Assembly (NCBI GenBank): GCA_041666045.1
Contig: JBAYHR010000001.1
Location: 119,460 to 183,459 of the forward strand
Source: Minisyncoccota bacterium
Lineage (GTDB): Bacteria > Patescibacteriota > Minisyncoccia > Phycocordibacterales > UBA9973
Length of the DNA: 64,000 bases
Reading direction: 5' to 3'
Position numbers and translations under genes: made by a program. Shown here piece by piece: positions 47,046 to 56,570 of this stretch. The notes beneath the pieces are model-generated. The model was not told where the DNA came from and searched no databases. It worked only from the letters and a program-made list of their open reading frames with translations. How positions within the stretch are numbered: position 1 is the stretch's first letter; each line of letters begins with the position of its first letter.

Positions 47046-48051
47046 TCTTCTTTAAAATTTTAGCTAATTCATCACCGAATTTCTTTACAGACTTGTCATC
47101 ATAAAGTGAAATTACAAAAACTTTTTCGCCAAGCTTTTCAAATTCTTTTTTCTTTTTGTCTATAATCTTGTCATCTTCCACTACATCAGTTTTTGTTAAA
47201 ACAATTATTTCTTCTTTGGAAGACAAACCTTCTTTACCTAAACCACTTTTTTTATCATAAGCTTCCAATTCTTTTCGAATTTCTTTATAAGTTTTCATCA
47301 TCCCAGTAGTCCCTTTTGATAAATTTTCAAATGAAACAAGGTGCGCTATCATCTTTGTTCTTTTGATATGTTTTAAAAATTTTACACCCAAACCTTTTCC
47401 TTCTGATGCGCCCTCAATAACTCCAGGAATATCTGCAATAATGTATCCATAAAAATCTCCTAAGTTTGGATCTAAAGTTGTGAAAGCATAATCCGCCACT
47501 TTTGCATTTGCATTAGTTAAAGAATTTAAAAGTGAAGACTTTCCAGCGTTAGGAAGACCAACAAGCCCAATATCCGCAAAAAGTTCCAATTCAATTTGAA
47601 AATTTCCATTTTCACCTTCCTGTCCTGTGCGAGATTCTTGGGGTGTCGTATTAGTAGAACTTTTAAAATGTTCATTCCCAAATCCTCCATAGCCACCCTT
47701 AAGCAACATTACTTTCTGTCCTTCTTCTGTAAGTTGCCAAGTTTCATCTGTTTCTAAATTAGTAATAACAGAACCAATTGGCAATTCAAGGAAAAAATCA
47801 TCACCATTTTTACCATGTAAACTTTTATTTCCACCATCTTCCCCGCGATTAGCAAAAAATTCTTTTTTTGCTTTATATTTAGAAAGAGCATGCACATCTC
47901 GAATAGCAAGAGCGAAAAAATCCCCACCACGTCCGCCGTCGCCTCCTGCAGGCCCACCTTTAGGCACAAACTTCTCCTGACGCCAACGAACAACACCATC
48001 TCCACCGCGTCCTGCTTCTGCATGTATTTTTATTTCATCTATGAATGCCAT
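47041..48051 (-). CDS. obg: GTPase Obg
   Basis: An Obg N-terminal glycine-rich fold (GGDGG repeats) plus a GTPase domain. Confidence 0.95.
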   Translation of the reverse strand: MAFIDEIKIHAEAGRGGDGVVRWRQEKFVPKGGPAGGDGGRGGDFFALAIRDVHALSKYKAKKEFFANRGEDGGNKSLHGKNGDDFFLELPIGSVITNLETDETWQLTEEGQKVMLLKGGYGGFGNEHFKSSTNTTPQESRTGQEGENGNFQIELELFADIGLVGLPNAGKSSLLNSLTNANAKVADYAFTTLDPNLGDFYGYIIADIPGVIEGASEGKGLGVKFLKHIKRTKMIAHLVSFENLSKGTTGMMKTYKEIRKELEAYDKKSGLGKEGLSSKEEIIVLTKTDVVEDDKIIDKKKKEFEKLGEKVFVISLYDDKSVKKFGDELAKILKKK

Positions 48052-48145
48052 GTAAAATTATGAAAATAAAAATTTTAAGAGTCGTGGGTCCCCTGTCCTT
48101 ATGACTCCGAGGGCGAAGGCTCAAAAATTTTTGATTTTCTTAATT

Positions 48146-49063
48146 TTACACCGAAAGTGATAATTCTGCTAATTTAATAGCCCCTTCTTTAGATTTAGCA
48201 ACAGCTAAGAAAAGTCCTCTATGACAAAAAATTGCATCTGAAACTCCTGAAACTTTTTGGAATTCTTCATCTTTTAAACCAGACCAAGAACTGGGAAGAT
48301 TTTTTCTATTTTCAAATGAATTAATACTATTTGAAACAGCCAATAATTTCCAAGATTTAAATTTTTTATCAGCAGGCACCACAACAAATAAAATATCTTT
48401 GTATTTTGTGGCCTGTATATTAATTTCTACTCTTGGAATATATTTATCTAAAATTAGAATTTTAGAATCTTCGTCTTTTTTTTCTACAGCACTAGAAATA
48501 TATTTTTCTATATATTCTTGATCTTTAGATTTTTTTATTTCATTTAAAAGAATATTTTTTGCAAAAGGAAGAAATTTGATAAATTCATCATAAGGATCAG
48601 ATTCTATGTCGTTAAAACTTAAATTAAATATTGAAACAACATAAGAAATATCATAAGGAAATACTCCAGATATTTTTGATGTATAAATACTAGTTCCATT
48701 ATCTATAGCATCAACAGGTTCCACAATATGTTCCTCTACTATTTTAGCAACATTAACTGATCCGCAAAGTTCTTCTCCAAACTTTTTCCAAACTAAACCG
48801 AAAGAAGAATACTCAATACCATTTTCCCGTTTTCCAGCTCCACCTTTTTGGTGATGATCAAATCTATTTAAATTTTCATCATAAATTCCACCAACATCAA
48901 AAACATAGTCACCATTTTTAATTATTTCTTCATCTCGGGTACGAATTATTTCAAAGATTTCCCTCTTTTTTTCTAATAAAATAGAAAGCGTGGCACATGC
49001 AAAAATATCATCTGCGTGGAATGAACCGTTGTGAGTTATTAATTTTTTAATTTTTATCTCCAT
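48146..49063 (-). CDS. UPF0160/MYG1-family metal-dependent hydrolase
   Basis: N-terminus ITHNGSFHADDIFACATL matches the MYG1 signature. Confidence 0.65.
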   Translation of the reverse strand: MEIKIKKLITHNGSFHADDIFACATLSILLEKKREIFEIIRTRDEEIIKNGDYVFDVGGIYDENLNRFDHHQKGGAGKRENGIEYSSFGLVWKKFGEELCGSVNVAKIVEEHIVEPVDAIDNGTSIYTSKISGVFPYDISYVVSIFNLSFNDIESDPYDEFIKFLPFAKNILLNEIKKSKDQEYIEKYISSAVEKKDEDSKILILDKYIPRVEINIQATKYKDILFVVVPADKKFKSWKLLAVSNSINSFENRKNLPSSWSGLKDEEFQKVSGVSDAIFCHRGLFLAVAKSKEGAIKLAELSLSV

Positions 49064-49688
49064 TTTCTTTTATATTACCATTTCCGTTGCCATTTGTATG
49101 AAATGCTTCAAAAATTACATACAACCAACCAATAAATTTATCTAATACAATAAATCCTATCACCAAAAGCAAAACTATTAAAGAAAACCTCCATATTTCT
49201 TTACTAACATTTAATGCCATATAACCAAAAAAATATCCTAAAGATAGTAAAAGTGGAGCCCAGATTATCGTTGAAATAAATTCTGCTTTTATATATTTTC
49301 TATAATCAATCTTTATATATCCTGAAAAAATAATAACCATATGATTCACTCCCATTATAAATTTTGAAATAAAAATAGACCAAAATGGTTTTTTATTAAA
49401 ATTCGGCATCACAGTAAAAACTCTTTTCTCAAGATATTTCAAAGCCTTAGTTTCGCCCCATTTTTTATTTATAAATCTACCTATTTCATAACCTAAAAAT
49501 GTTTTGCATACTCCCCCGATAAGAATAAAAACTAAAGCAAATGGAAAACTTAAGGCTCCCAAGTGAGCCAAGATACCTGTCGTTATCAAAATAAATTCAC
49601 CTTCAAAAACTAATCCAATAAAAATTAGCGCATACACCAAAACTTGATGATTCTCTACTAAACTTGTTAGAAGTTTTACTGTGTGCAT
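49047..49688 (-). CDS. DedA/TVP38-family membrane protein
   Basis: A polytopic membrane protein with DedA-like loops (F.GE...TG). Confidence 0.65.
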   Translation of the reverse strand: MHTVKLLTSLVENHQVLVYALIFIGLVFEGEFILITTGILAHLGALSFPFALVFILIGGVCKTFLGYEIGRFINKKWGETKALKYLEKRVFTVMPNFNKKPFWSIFISKFIMGVNHMVIIFSGYIKIDYRKYIKAEFISTIIWAPLLLSLGYFFGYMALNVSKEIWRFSLIVLLLVIGFIVLDKFIGWLYVIFEAFHTNGNGNGNIKENGDKN

Positions 49689-49700
49689 TTTAGTGTTAAA

Positions 49701-50150
49701 TTAAAACAAAGAATCTACAACTTCTTTAACGATAGTGCCGTCTGCTTTACCTTTTAAATCTTTCATTATCGCTGACATTAACATTCCTTTTTTTGTAGCA
49801 TCTGTGATACCAAGCTCGTCTTTCTTTGCTTTGACAATACTCTCTACTTCAGACTTTTCCATCATTTTTGGCAAATAAGTTTCTAATATAGCAAGCTGAG
49901 CTTCTTCAACTTTAACCAAATCTTCCCTATTACCTTTTTTAAATTGTTCTATTGAATCTTTTCTCTGTTTTGAAAGACGAGTTATAACAGCAAGTGCTTC
50001 AACATCCTCAAGTATTTCACTTGGTTTTCTATTTTTTGAAACAAGTTCATTCGTAAAACCAGAAAGCATTGCTCGTAACGTCTCAAGTAATACTGTGTCC
50101 TTTGCCATCATGGCATCTTTTATTTTATTTTTTATTTGTTCATGTAACAT
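49701..50150 (-). CDS. GatB/YqeY-domain protein
   Basis: Similar to YqeY from MLHEQIKNKIKDAMMAKD onward. The start was moved to the internal Met. Confidence 0.65.
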   Translation of the reverse strand: MLHEQIKNKIKDAMMAKDTVLLETLRAMLSGFTNELVSKNRKPSEILEDVEALAVITRLSKQRKDSIEQFKKGNREDLVKVEEAQLAILETYLPKMMEKSEVESIVKAKKDELGITDATKKGMLMSAIMKDLKGKADGTIVKEVVDSLF

Positions 50151-50186
50151 ATTTTTATTATAGCAAAAATATGTTAAAATAGCACT

Positions 50187-50900
50187 ATGAAAATAATATT
50201 TTTTGATACAGAGACAACTGGTAATACAGAAAAAGATTTTCTTTGCCAAATTGCATATAAAATAGGCGAAGAAAGTTTTACTGGTCTTTATAAGCCATCA
50301 GTTAAAATTCCACCTGAGGCTTCTGCTGTACATCATATAACAAATAAAATGGTTGCAGATAAAATATCTTTTAGTGAAAGCCCTGATTCTAAAAAAATAA
50401 AAGAACTTTTTGAAGATGAAAATTCTGTCGTTGTTGCCCACAACGTGCAATTTGATTTAATGATTATTAAAAAAGAAGACATTATTCCTAAAAATTCTAT
50501 CTGCACACTCAGACTTGCAAGATATTTAGATCCTGAAGGAAAAATAGAAAGATACAATCTGCAATATTTACGTTATCTTTTAGAGCTAGAAGTAGAAGCT
50601 ATTGCTCATGATGCACTCGGTGATGTTTTAGTATTAGAAAAACTATATGAGAGATTAAAGAAAAAATTAATGGAAAGTGAAAATTTGGACGAAGAAAAAG
50701 CTGTAGAAAAAATGATAGAAGTATCTTCACATCCATCACTTCTAAGATCAATCAATTTCGGTAAACATAACGGCAAAACAATTGAAGAAATATTAAATAT
50801 TGATCCAGGATATCTTGAATGGCTACTTAAACAAAAATTAGAAAGCGATCAAGTGGATGAAGACTGGGTTTATACTTTAAAACATTATTTAGGGAAATAA
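50187..50900 (+). CDS. DEDD-family 3'-5' exonuclease (DnaQ/epsilon-like) with a C-terminal extension
   Basis: Exo I FFDTETTG, Exo II VAHNVQFDL and Exo III HDALGDV motifs. Confidence 0.75.
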   Translation: MKIIFFDTETTGNTEKDFLCQIAYKIGEESFTGLYKPSVKIPPEASAVHHITNKMVADKISFSESPDSKKIKELFEDENSVVVAHNVQFDLMIIKKEDIIPKNSICTLRLARYLDPEGKIERYNLQYLRYLLELEVEAIAHDALGDVLVLEKLYERLKKKLMESENLDEEKAVEKMIEVSSHPSLLRSINFGKHNGKTIEEILNIDPGYLEWLLKQKLESDQVDEDWVYTLKHYLGK

Positions 50901-50932
50901 AAAAAGGTCTTAATTTTTAGACCTTTTTTTGT
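50901..50932. terminator. bidirectional terminator
   Basis: A stem AAGGTCT/AGACCTT flanked by an A7 run and a T7 run. Confidence 0.6.
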
Positions 50933-51179
50933 TGAATTTTTTTTCTGCTATTCTGTCGTATTCTTTTGCTTTTTTGCATTTTTCCAAATGATCAGCTAGA
51001 GCCTGAAGAACTTCAGTTTGTTTTACTTCATCTCTTCTATATTTTTCCACCATATCAATAGGAAAAATAATACTTTTAGGTCGATATATGTTCTTTTTGC
51101 AAAAAATACACACAAGGTAATCTAAACCTAACTTTTTTTCCATTATGATGTTAATTAGGCGAAACGGCATTGAGAACAA
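50910..51179 (-). CDS. hypothetical small protein
   Basis: An 89-aa ORF that contains a CxxK...C cluster. Confidence 0.3.
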   Translation of the reverse strand: MFSMPFRLINIIMEKKLGLDYLVCIFCKKNIYRPKSIIFPIDMVEKYRRDEVKQTEVLQALADHLEKCKKAKEYDRIAEKKFNKKRSKN

Positions 51180-51336
51180 GACGAGCAGAAAAGATTGAAG
51201 CTACGGCTATTCCAAACATGTAAAACGAAAAATCTGTGAGGTGGCCAACTGAAAACCAAGGAATAGCAGATAACACACATGAAATAATCGAAATAGTAGT
51301 TAGAGTGGACAAAACAACAACGATTTTTGTTTTCAT
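51151..51336 (-). CDS. hypothetical small membrane protein
   Basis: A 61-aa hydrophobic ORF. Confidence 0.25.
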   Translation of the reverse strand: MKTKIVVVLSTLTTISIISCVLSAIPWFSVGHLTDFSFYMFGIAVASIFSARLVLNAVSPN

Positions 51337-51560
51337 AACATAATTATTTTAAGTTATTATTTAAAAGAATTTATTTATTTAAATGATATCATCTTATACA
51401 TAATTGTCAAGACATAAAAATGTAAAATCTCCATTGTACTAAAAACAACAATTACCTAACTTTTCCGACCGGTAGAGTTAGGTAAATATATAAATTTAGG
51501 GAAATAAAAAAACACTTTCTATAAAGAAAAGTGTTTTTTTGATTTAGTAAACATCCGGCA

Positions 51561-51743
51561 TTAGTCATTTTTGCTTTCAAGAGAAAGAATTGCATACAAA
51601 AAAGCCCCTGTAAAAGAAACAATGACAGCTGCAAAAAAGAGCGCCTCAAGAAGTGATAATCCTAATCTGTGACAAATGAATGATGACCCGAGGCCTGTTA
51701 GTACACAAAAAATGGCAAATAACGATAAACTAGCTTTTTTCAT
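51561..51743 (-). CDS. hypothetical small membrane protein
   Basis: A 60-aa ORF with two hydrophobic helices. Confidence 0.25.
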   Translation of the reverse strand: MKKASLSLFAIFCVLTGLGSSFICHRLGLSLLEALFFAAVIVSFTGAFLYAILSLESKND

Positions 51744-51874
51744 AACATTAAGTTTTATTCAGCTTTCGCTTACGGGGTTTATTTTTAAAGAATTAATTCC
51801 CTTAAATATTAACATTATAAACATAGCTTTGTCAAGCTCTATTTTATTATTAAAATTCTTGTTAAAATAAAACT

Positions 51875-52924
51875 ATGGAAAATATTTTATGGATTATAAT
51901 AGCAGTTTTGGTTGGAGGCATACTCGCCTATTTTTTGTTTGCCAAAAGAAAAAATACAGATGAAGCTGGTGGTACTGGATTGCAACTTATACTTACTCAA
52001 CTAAACGAGCTCTCGAGAACAGTTGATAATAAAATCGGTGAATCACATAAACAAGTAAACGAAAGTCTAAAATTCCATTCCTCTGAATCAAATAAAATAA
52101 TTCGTGATGTGACAGAAAGACTCACAAGACTTGATGAGACGAACAAACAAGTTATTTCATTCGCAGATCAATTGCAAAGTTTGCAAGATATTTTAAAAAA
52201 TCCAAAACAACGCGGAATCCTTGGCGAATATTATTTAGAAACAGTTTTGAAAAACGTCCTCCCTGTCGGTTCATATCAAATGCAATATGCTTTTCCTGAT
52301 GGAAATATTGTGGACGCAGTCGTTTTCGTAAAAGATAAAATCATACCGATAGATTCAAAATTCTCTCTTGAGAATTATAATAAGATGGTGGAAGAAAGAA
52401 ATCCTGCTGAAAAGAAAAAATTAGAAACAATTTTTGTAAATGATTTAAAAAACAGGATTGCTGAAACTTCAAAATATATACAGCCAAGCCATGGCACTAC
52501 GGATTTCGCATTTATGTTTATTCCACATGAAGCTATATATTATGATTTATTAATAAACAAAGTCGGCTCAATAGAAGAAAACGCTGAAAATCTAATCCAA
52601 CGCGCCGCTGGAAAATATAAAGTGATAATAACCTCACCTACTTCATTCCTCGCCTATTTACAGACCGTTCTACAAGGTTTAAAGGCTATGCAAATAGAAG
52701 AATCAGCCAAAGAAATAATTAAGAAAGTTGGAGACTTAGGAAAGCATTTAAAATCTTATGATGAATATCATGCGAAGCTCGGAAATGCGCTTGGTACAGT
52801 TGTGAATCATTACAATACTTCAAATAAAGAATTACGAAAAATTGATAAAGATGTGTTGCGTATCGCAGGCTCTTCCCCTGAACTTTCTACTCTAGAAATA
52901 GAAAAACCAAAAATTGAAGATTGA
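51875..52924 (+). CDS. rmuC: DNA recombination protein RmuC
   Basis: An N-terminal TM helix, a coiled coil and an RmuC C-terminal domain. The gene ends with a TGA stop. Confidence 0.85.
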   Translation: MENILWIIIAVLVGGILAYFLFAKRKNTDEAGGTGLQLILTQLNELSRTVDNKIGESHKQVNESLKFHSSESNKIIRDVTERLTRLDETNKQVISFADQLQSLQDILKNPKQRGILGEYYLETVLKNVLPVGSYQMQYAFPDGNIVDAVVFVKDKIIPIDSKFSLENYNKMVEERNPAEKKKLETIFVNDLKNRIAETSKYIQPSHGTTDFAFMFIPHEAIYYDLLINKVGSIEENAENLIQRAAGKYKVIITSPTSFLAYLQTVLQGLKAMQIEESAKEIIKKVGDLGKHLKSYDEYHAKLGNALGTVVNHYNTSNKELRKIDKDVLRIAGSSPELSTLEIEKPKIED

Positions 52925-52995
52925 CATAATCATCTGTTACATATATAATCCAAAATGAATAAAGTTCAAATTGTTTAATTAAAAAACTTAAGATT

Positions 52996-53187
52996 ATGGA
53001 AGTAAAAGAAAAAACCAAAGACTTGGAAACAGCTTTTGAAGAGTTGGAAGCTAATTCCCAAATTAATGAATTTACCGTCTCAAAGAAATTTCGAATGGAA
53101 AGAATCAAACAAGGAGAAGAAAAAATCTTTAAAAAAAATGAAACGTTACGGTATAAAGGTAAATACCGCGTTATAAAGTTAAATTAA
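52996..53187 (+). CDS. hypothetical small protein
   Basis: A 63-aa charged ORF followed by a hairpin terminator at 53225-53250. Confidence 0.3.
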   Translation: MEVKEKTKDLETAFEELEANSQINEFTVSKKFRMERIKQGEEKIFKKNETLRYKGKYRVIKLN

Positions 53188-53264
53188 ACAATAAATTTAA
53201 TTAAAATTTTAAAAAAATTAATGCATCCATTTATGGATGTATTTTTTTTATAAAAATAATTTAA

Positions 53265-53292
53265 TTGACAAAAAAATATTATCTGCTATTAT
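53265..53292 (+). promoter_or_regulatory. sigma70-like promoter (TTGACA-16-TATTAT)
   Basis: It precedes a 50-aa basic ORF and a UUCG-loop terminator. Confidence 0.4.
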
Positions 53293-53337
53293 GGCAATAA
53301 ACAATAATGTTCTTATGTTTAACTAAAAATTCTTTTT

Positions 53338-53490
53338 ATGCCAACAACAGTAAAGCACAACGCATGGCCGTTAAGGCCTGGAGAAGTTTTTGGGGCACAA
53401 TTATTCCCAAATAAATTTGATCGACTTTCAAAAACTAAATCAAAACAGTTTAAAAACAACAAGAGAAAGTTTCCAATCAAAAGAATGTAA
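53338..53490 (+). CDS. possible 50-aa highly basic small protein
   Basis: MPTTVKHNAWPLRPGEVFGAQLFPNKFDRLSKTKSKQFKNNKRKFPIKRM. It is bracketed by a promoter and a terminator. The tracked antisense ORF 53319-53513 is the less plausible reading. Confidence 0.25.
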   Translation: MPTTVKHNAWPLRPGEVFGAQLFPNKFDRLSKTKSKQFKNNKRKFPIKRM

Positions 53491-53506
53491 AAAAAATTAA
53501 CTTTAA

Positions 53507-53538
53507 AACACACCTTCGGATGTGTTTTATTTTTTTTT
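53507..53538 (+). terminator. rho-independent terminator with a UUCG tetraloop
   Basis: AACACA-cCttcgGa-TGTGTT followed by TTTATTTTTTTTT. Confidence 0.6.
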
Positions 53539-53562
53539 ATAAAAATGTTATATTTTTCAAAT

Positions 53563-53634
53563 GGCCCTATCGTCTAACGGCTAGGACGGATCCTTCTCAA
53601 GGATTAAATTCGGGTTCAACTCCCGGTAGGGTCA
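53563..53634 (+). tRNA. tRNA-Glu (anticodon CUC)
   Basis: Acceptor GGCCCTA/TAGGGTC with one G-U pair, anticodon loop TTCTCAA, T-loop TTCAACT and discriminator A. Confidence 0.75.
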
Positions 53635-53731
53635 CAAAATAACTTTGACTTGTTAATGATTTCGTGATAATCTAAAAATAGAAATTTTCTAGTATAAACT
53701 GAACTAATTAGTTCATTAAAAACATAAAATT

Positions 53732-54277
53732 ATGAAAACCTTAAACATTATTATTTCTTGTATTTTTGCAATTATTTATTCAACAATAATAATTGCATTA
53801 CTAGACAAATATTTTGCATCTGCAATACAAATAATAGGAATTGACTTTAAAATAATCTTTTTTTCGTTATTTGTATTTTTCCTAATTATTTTAATCCCAG
53901 TGGTTTTAATTACGGTAAAATTAGCAAAAAGAAATTATACTGGATTACCCGCTAAACCAAAAAATGGAGAAATTTTTGAGATAAATGAAGTATTAAGTAT
54001 TGTTACTTATGATGACAAAAATATAGCTAGTCTTCAATGTTTTCTTGTAAAAGCTCAAAAAATAAAAAACTTTAATGACACCCAATATGAGACATTCAAT
54101 GAATATGAATCATTGGATAAAAGTAAAATATATGAATTTTGGTTTGAAAAAAGATATATTAATGAAGGAAAAATAATTGCACCTGAAGGTCAAGAAGTGT
54201 GGATATCACAAAAAAATAAATTCTTTAACGTAAATATTTTAGAACCACACAAAATACAAAAAAGACTCTGCTCTTAA
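53732..54277 (+). CDS. hypothetical membrane protein
   Basis: A 181-aa ORF with two N-terminal TM helices. Confidence 0.45.
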   Translation: MKTLNIIISCIFAIIYSTIIIALLDKYFASAIQIIGIDFKIIFFSLFVFFLIILIPVVLITVKLAKRNYTGLPAKPKNGEIFEINEVLSIVTYDDKNIASLQCFLVKAQKIKNFNDTQYETFNEYESLDKSKIYEFWFEKRYINEGKIIAPEGQEVWISQKNKFFNVNILEPHKIQKRLCS

Positions 54278-54373
54278 ATAAAAAAAGCTCTTGCACAACA
54301 CAAGAGCTTTTTAATTTTGTATTAATGAAATAAAAAATGCCTTCAAAATATGAAGGCATTAAAAATCAAAATA

Positions 54374-54856
54374 TTATTTTTTAAAGAAGCAAATAATGCA
54401 ATACCCATGAGGATATAAATTATCCCTAAATTTGGATAAGCAAAATTCAAAATTGCCATAAAAATGCGCAGCCATAAATGGAACCATAATATTGCCATCA
54501 GGAGCTTTCCATAATGCTTTCTTTTTATCAAAAGAAAATATCCATTTATCTTTAGGAAATTTTTCTTTTTCATATCCATAAACCAAACTCAACCCTTGCG
54601 CTCCAACAAATAATGCATTTCTCCTTTTCATAAAAGACTTTAATTTTTTGATATCACAAATCCATTCTCTGTTTTTAACTTCATTTAGATTATCATTGTT
54701 ATGTTTATTTGATTTACTATTATCTCTATAAAACGTTTTAAACAAACCTTTCGTGGCCTCAATATCATAAGCCTTATATCCTATTTTATTTAATTGATGA
54801 CATATAGTGGTTTTTCCTGAACCAGCTATTCCAGTTATAAAAATTGATTTTTTCAT
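54374..54856 (-). CDS. P-loop (Walker A GIAGSGKT) protein whose C-terminal domain is shared with secreted ORF 752-1345
   Basis: The N-terminus KKSIFITGIAGSGKTTI is kinase- or AAA-like. The C-terminal roughly 75 aa are homologous to the C-terminus of ORF 752-1345. Confidence 0.5.
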   Translation of the reverse strand: MKKSIFITGIAGSGKTTICHQLNKIGYKAYDIEATKGLFKTFYRDNSKSNKHNNDNLNEVKNREWICDIKKLKSFMKRRNALFVGAQGLSLVYGYEKEKFPKDKWIFSFDKKKALWKAPDGNIMVPFMAAHFYGNFEFCLSKFRDNLYPHGYCIICFFKK

Positions 54857-54871
54857 TATTTTATATAATTA

Positions 54872-55561
54872 TTATAACTGATATTTCTTAAATTTTCCTT
54901 TGTCTGGTCGTGTTTTACAGAAAAAAATCGTTTTATTTTTTAAATCATAAATAAAAGAACATCTTGTTGGTATCCACCATGGATAACCACGACAAATACT
55001 ATTTGCGGGCCAACCTTCTTTGTCACTTAAAAATTTTTGTATATCACTAAATTTTCTAATTTTTTTAATAATCTTTTTAGCTCGTTCATATCTTAATTTT
55101 GCTGATTCTCTAAGACTTGCAAGCTTTGCGCCATTTTTATGATTTAATTTAAGACTAAGATTAGTAATTGCTCCTTCTGTTTTAATTTTTATCAGAGCAA
55201 ATTCATAAGGAGTTTTTTCTACAATAAAAGCAACTTTTCCATCAGAAATAATAATATTTGCAGAAATTTTATTATTTTCAATTATCTTAATTGCATCATT
55301 AATATTACTTTGATCTAAAACCCTACGAGCTATTTGTGAAGGTGTTTTATATCTAATTCGTGGATAAGGTTGTAACGTCGCCTCAATTAAACCAATTCCA
55401 TATTCATTTAATCCCTCACAATGTCCTCTTTCATCCACGACAAGCAATTTCTTTACTTTTTTATTTTCCTTGATAATTCTAGTTTTAGCATTCCATCCTA
55501 AATCACGGTTTTTAAAAATAAAAAATTTATTATTTATTTTTTTAGCAGCTAAAGTACACAT
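54872..55561 (-). CDS. Ntn-hydrolase superfamily protein with a Cys2 nucleophile (choloylglycine hydrolase / peptidase C45-like)
   Basis: The N-terminus MCTLAA...FKNRD fits the Cys-Ntn pattern (Cys at position 2, then Arg and Asp about 17-20 residues later). At 229 aa it is shorter than typical family members. Confidence 0.4.
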   Translation of the reverse strand: MCTLAAKKINNKFFIFKNRDLGWNAKTRIIKENKKVKKLLVVDERGHCEGLNEYGIGLIEATLQPYPRIRYKTPSQIARRVLDQSNINDAIKIIENNKISANIIISDGKVAFIVEKTPYEFALIKIKTEGAITNLSLKLNHKNGAKLASLRESAKLRYERAKKIIKKIRKFSDIQKFLSDKEGWPANSICRGYPWWIPTRCSFIYDLKNKTIFFCKTRPDKGKFKKYQL

Positions 55562-55712
55562 TTTATATAATTAATCTTTTTTTCTTTCCTTTATAATAAA
55601 GATCATATTTCCCTTTTTTAATATCCATAGATAAAGACCAAATTGTTTTAGTAGAATAAAAATTCTATACAAGATATGAATTCTTGTTTAAAATTGATTT
55701 AATAACATTTTC

Positions 55713-56333
55713 TTATTTTTTTCCCTTCACTTCCATTTCTTTCAATTCTTTAGAAGTAGATTTACCTCTCTTTACTCTTTGCATTTTTTCAAACATCTCT
55801 TGTAGTGAATTAAGAACTTTTACTTCAGGAGTTTTAATTAGAATTTTATTTATATCAACCAAAGAAGTTATTATAAAATTAATTGCTTTATCAAGAAGCT
55901 CTTCTTTCCCAAAGAATGCAGATTTTATTCGTGGGTCATTCTTAATTTCTTCTCCTTTTATTTTGAAATAACGAATAATTAAATTTGAAATCTCTTGATT
56001 TAATTCATCAAGTGACAAATTCTTTGTCATTTTTATCTGTTCTATTGCATCTTTAAACTGATCTTCTGAATTGGATGTCATCTCTGTTCTTACTTTATCA
56101 AAAATGTTATATAATTCTGTACCCATTTCATCTTTAAGTTCGGAACCTTTTGCTCCAACCACTAAAATTTTTTCAAGAAATTCTGGTTCAAATGCTCTCA
56201 ACCATTTATATTCAGAAATAACACTTTCGTAATGTCTTTGCTCTGGTTTATCAAGAAATTCATTTTTAGCCATATTTTCTGCTGCACTATTTACTGCTTT
56301 TCTAATTGTTGATATTGGTTTTTCTATTGCCAT
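55713..56333 (-). CDS. hypothetical cytoplasmic protein
   Basis: A 206-aa ORF predicted to be charged and helical. Confidence 0.45.
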   Translation of the reverse strand: MAIEKPISTIRKAVNSAAENMAKNEFLDKPEQRHYESVISEYKWLRAFEPEFLEKILVVGAKGSELKDEMGTELYNIFDKVRTEMTSNSEDQFKDAIEQIKMTKNLSLDELNQEISNLIIRYFKIKGEEIKNDPRIKSAFFGKEELLDKAINFIITSLVDINKILIKTPEVKVLNSLQEMFEKMQRVKRGKSTSKELKEMEVKGKK

Positions 56334-56570
56334 AAATTTAATAAATCACTTGTTAATAATAACTTAAATCGACTATAATATTACTAAAATAATATCATAT
56401 TTTCATAAAAGGCTCAATATTAACGTAATTTGAAAAAAATATTTTTGATTAGTATAACTTTTTATCAAATCTTTTGGCGTCAAAAGATTTGCCATTCTTG
56501 CGGTATATTTTCCCCAACTGTCTGCCAATCTCTATATAATTTCCTTTAAATATAATTTCTTTCATAATAT

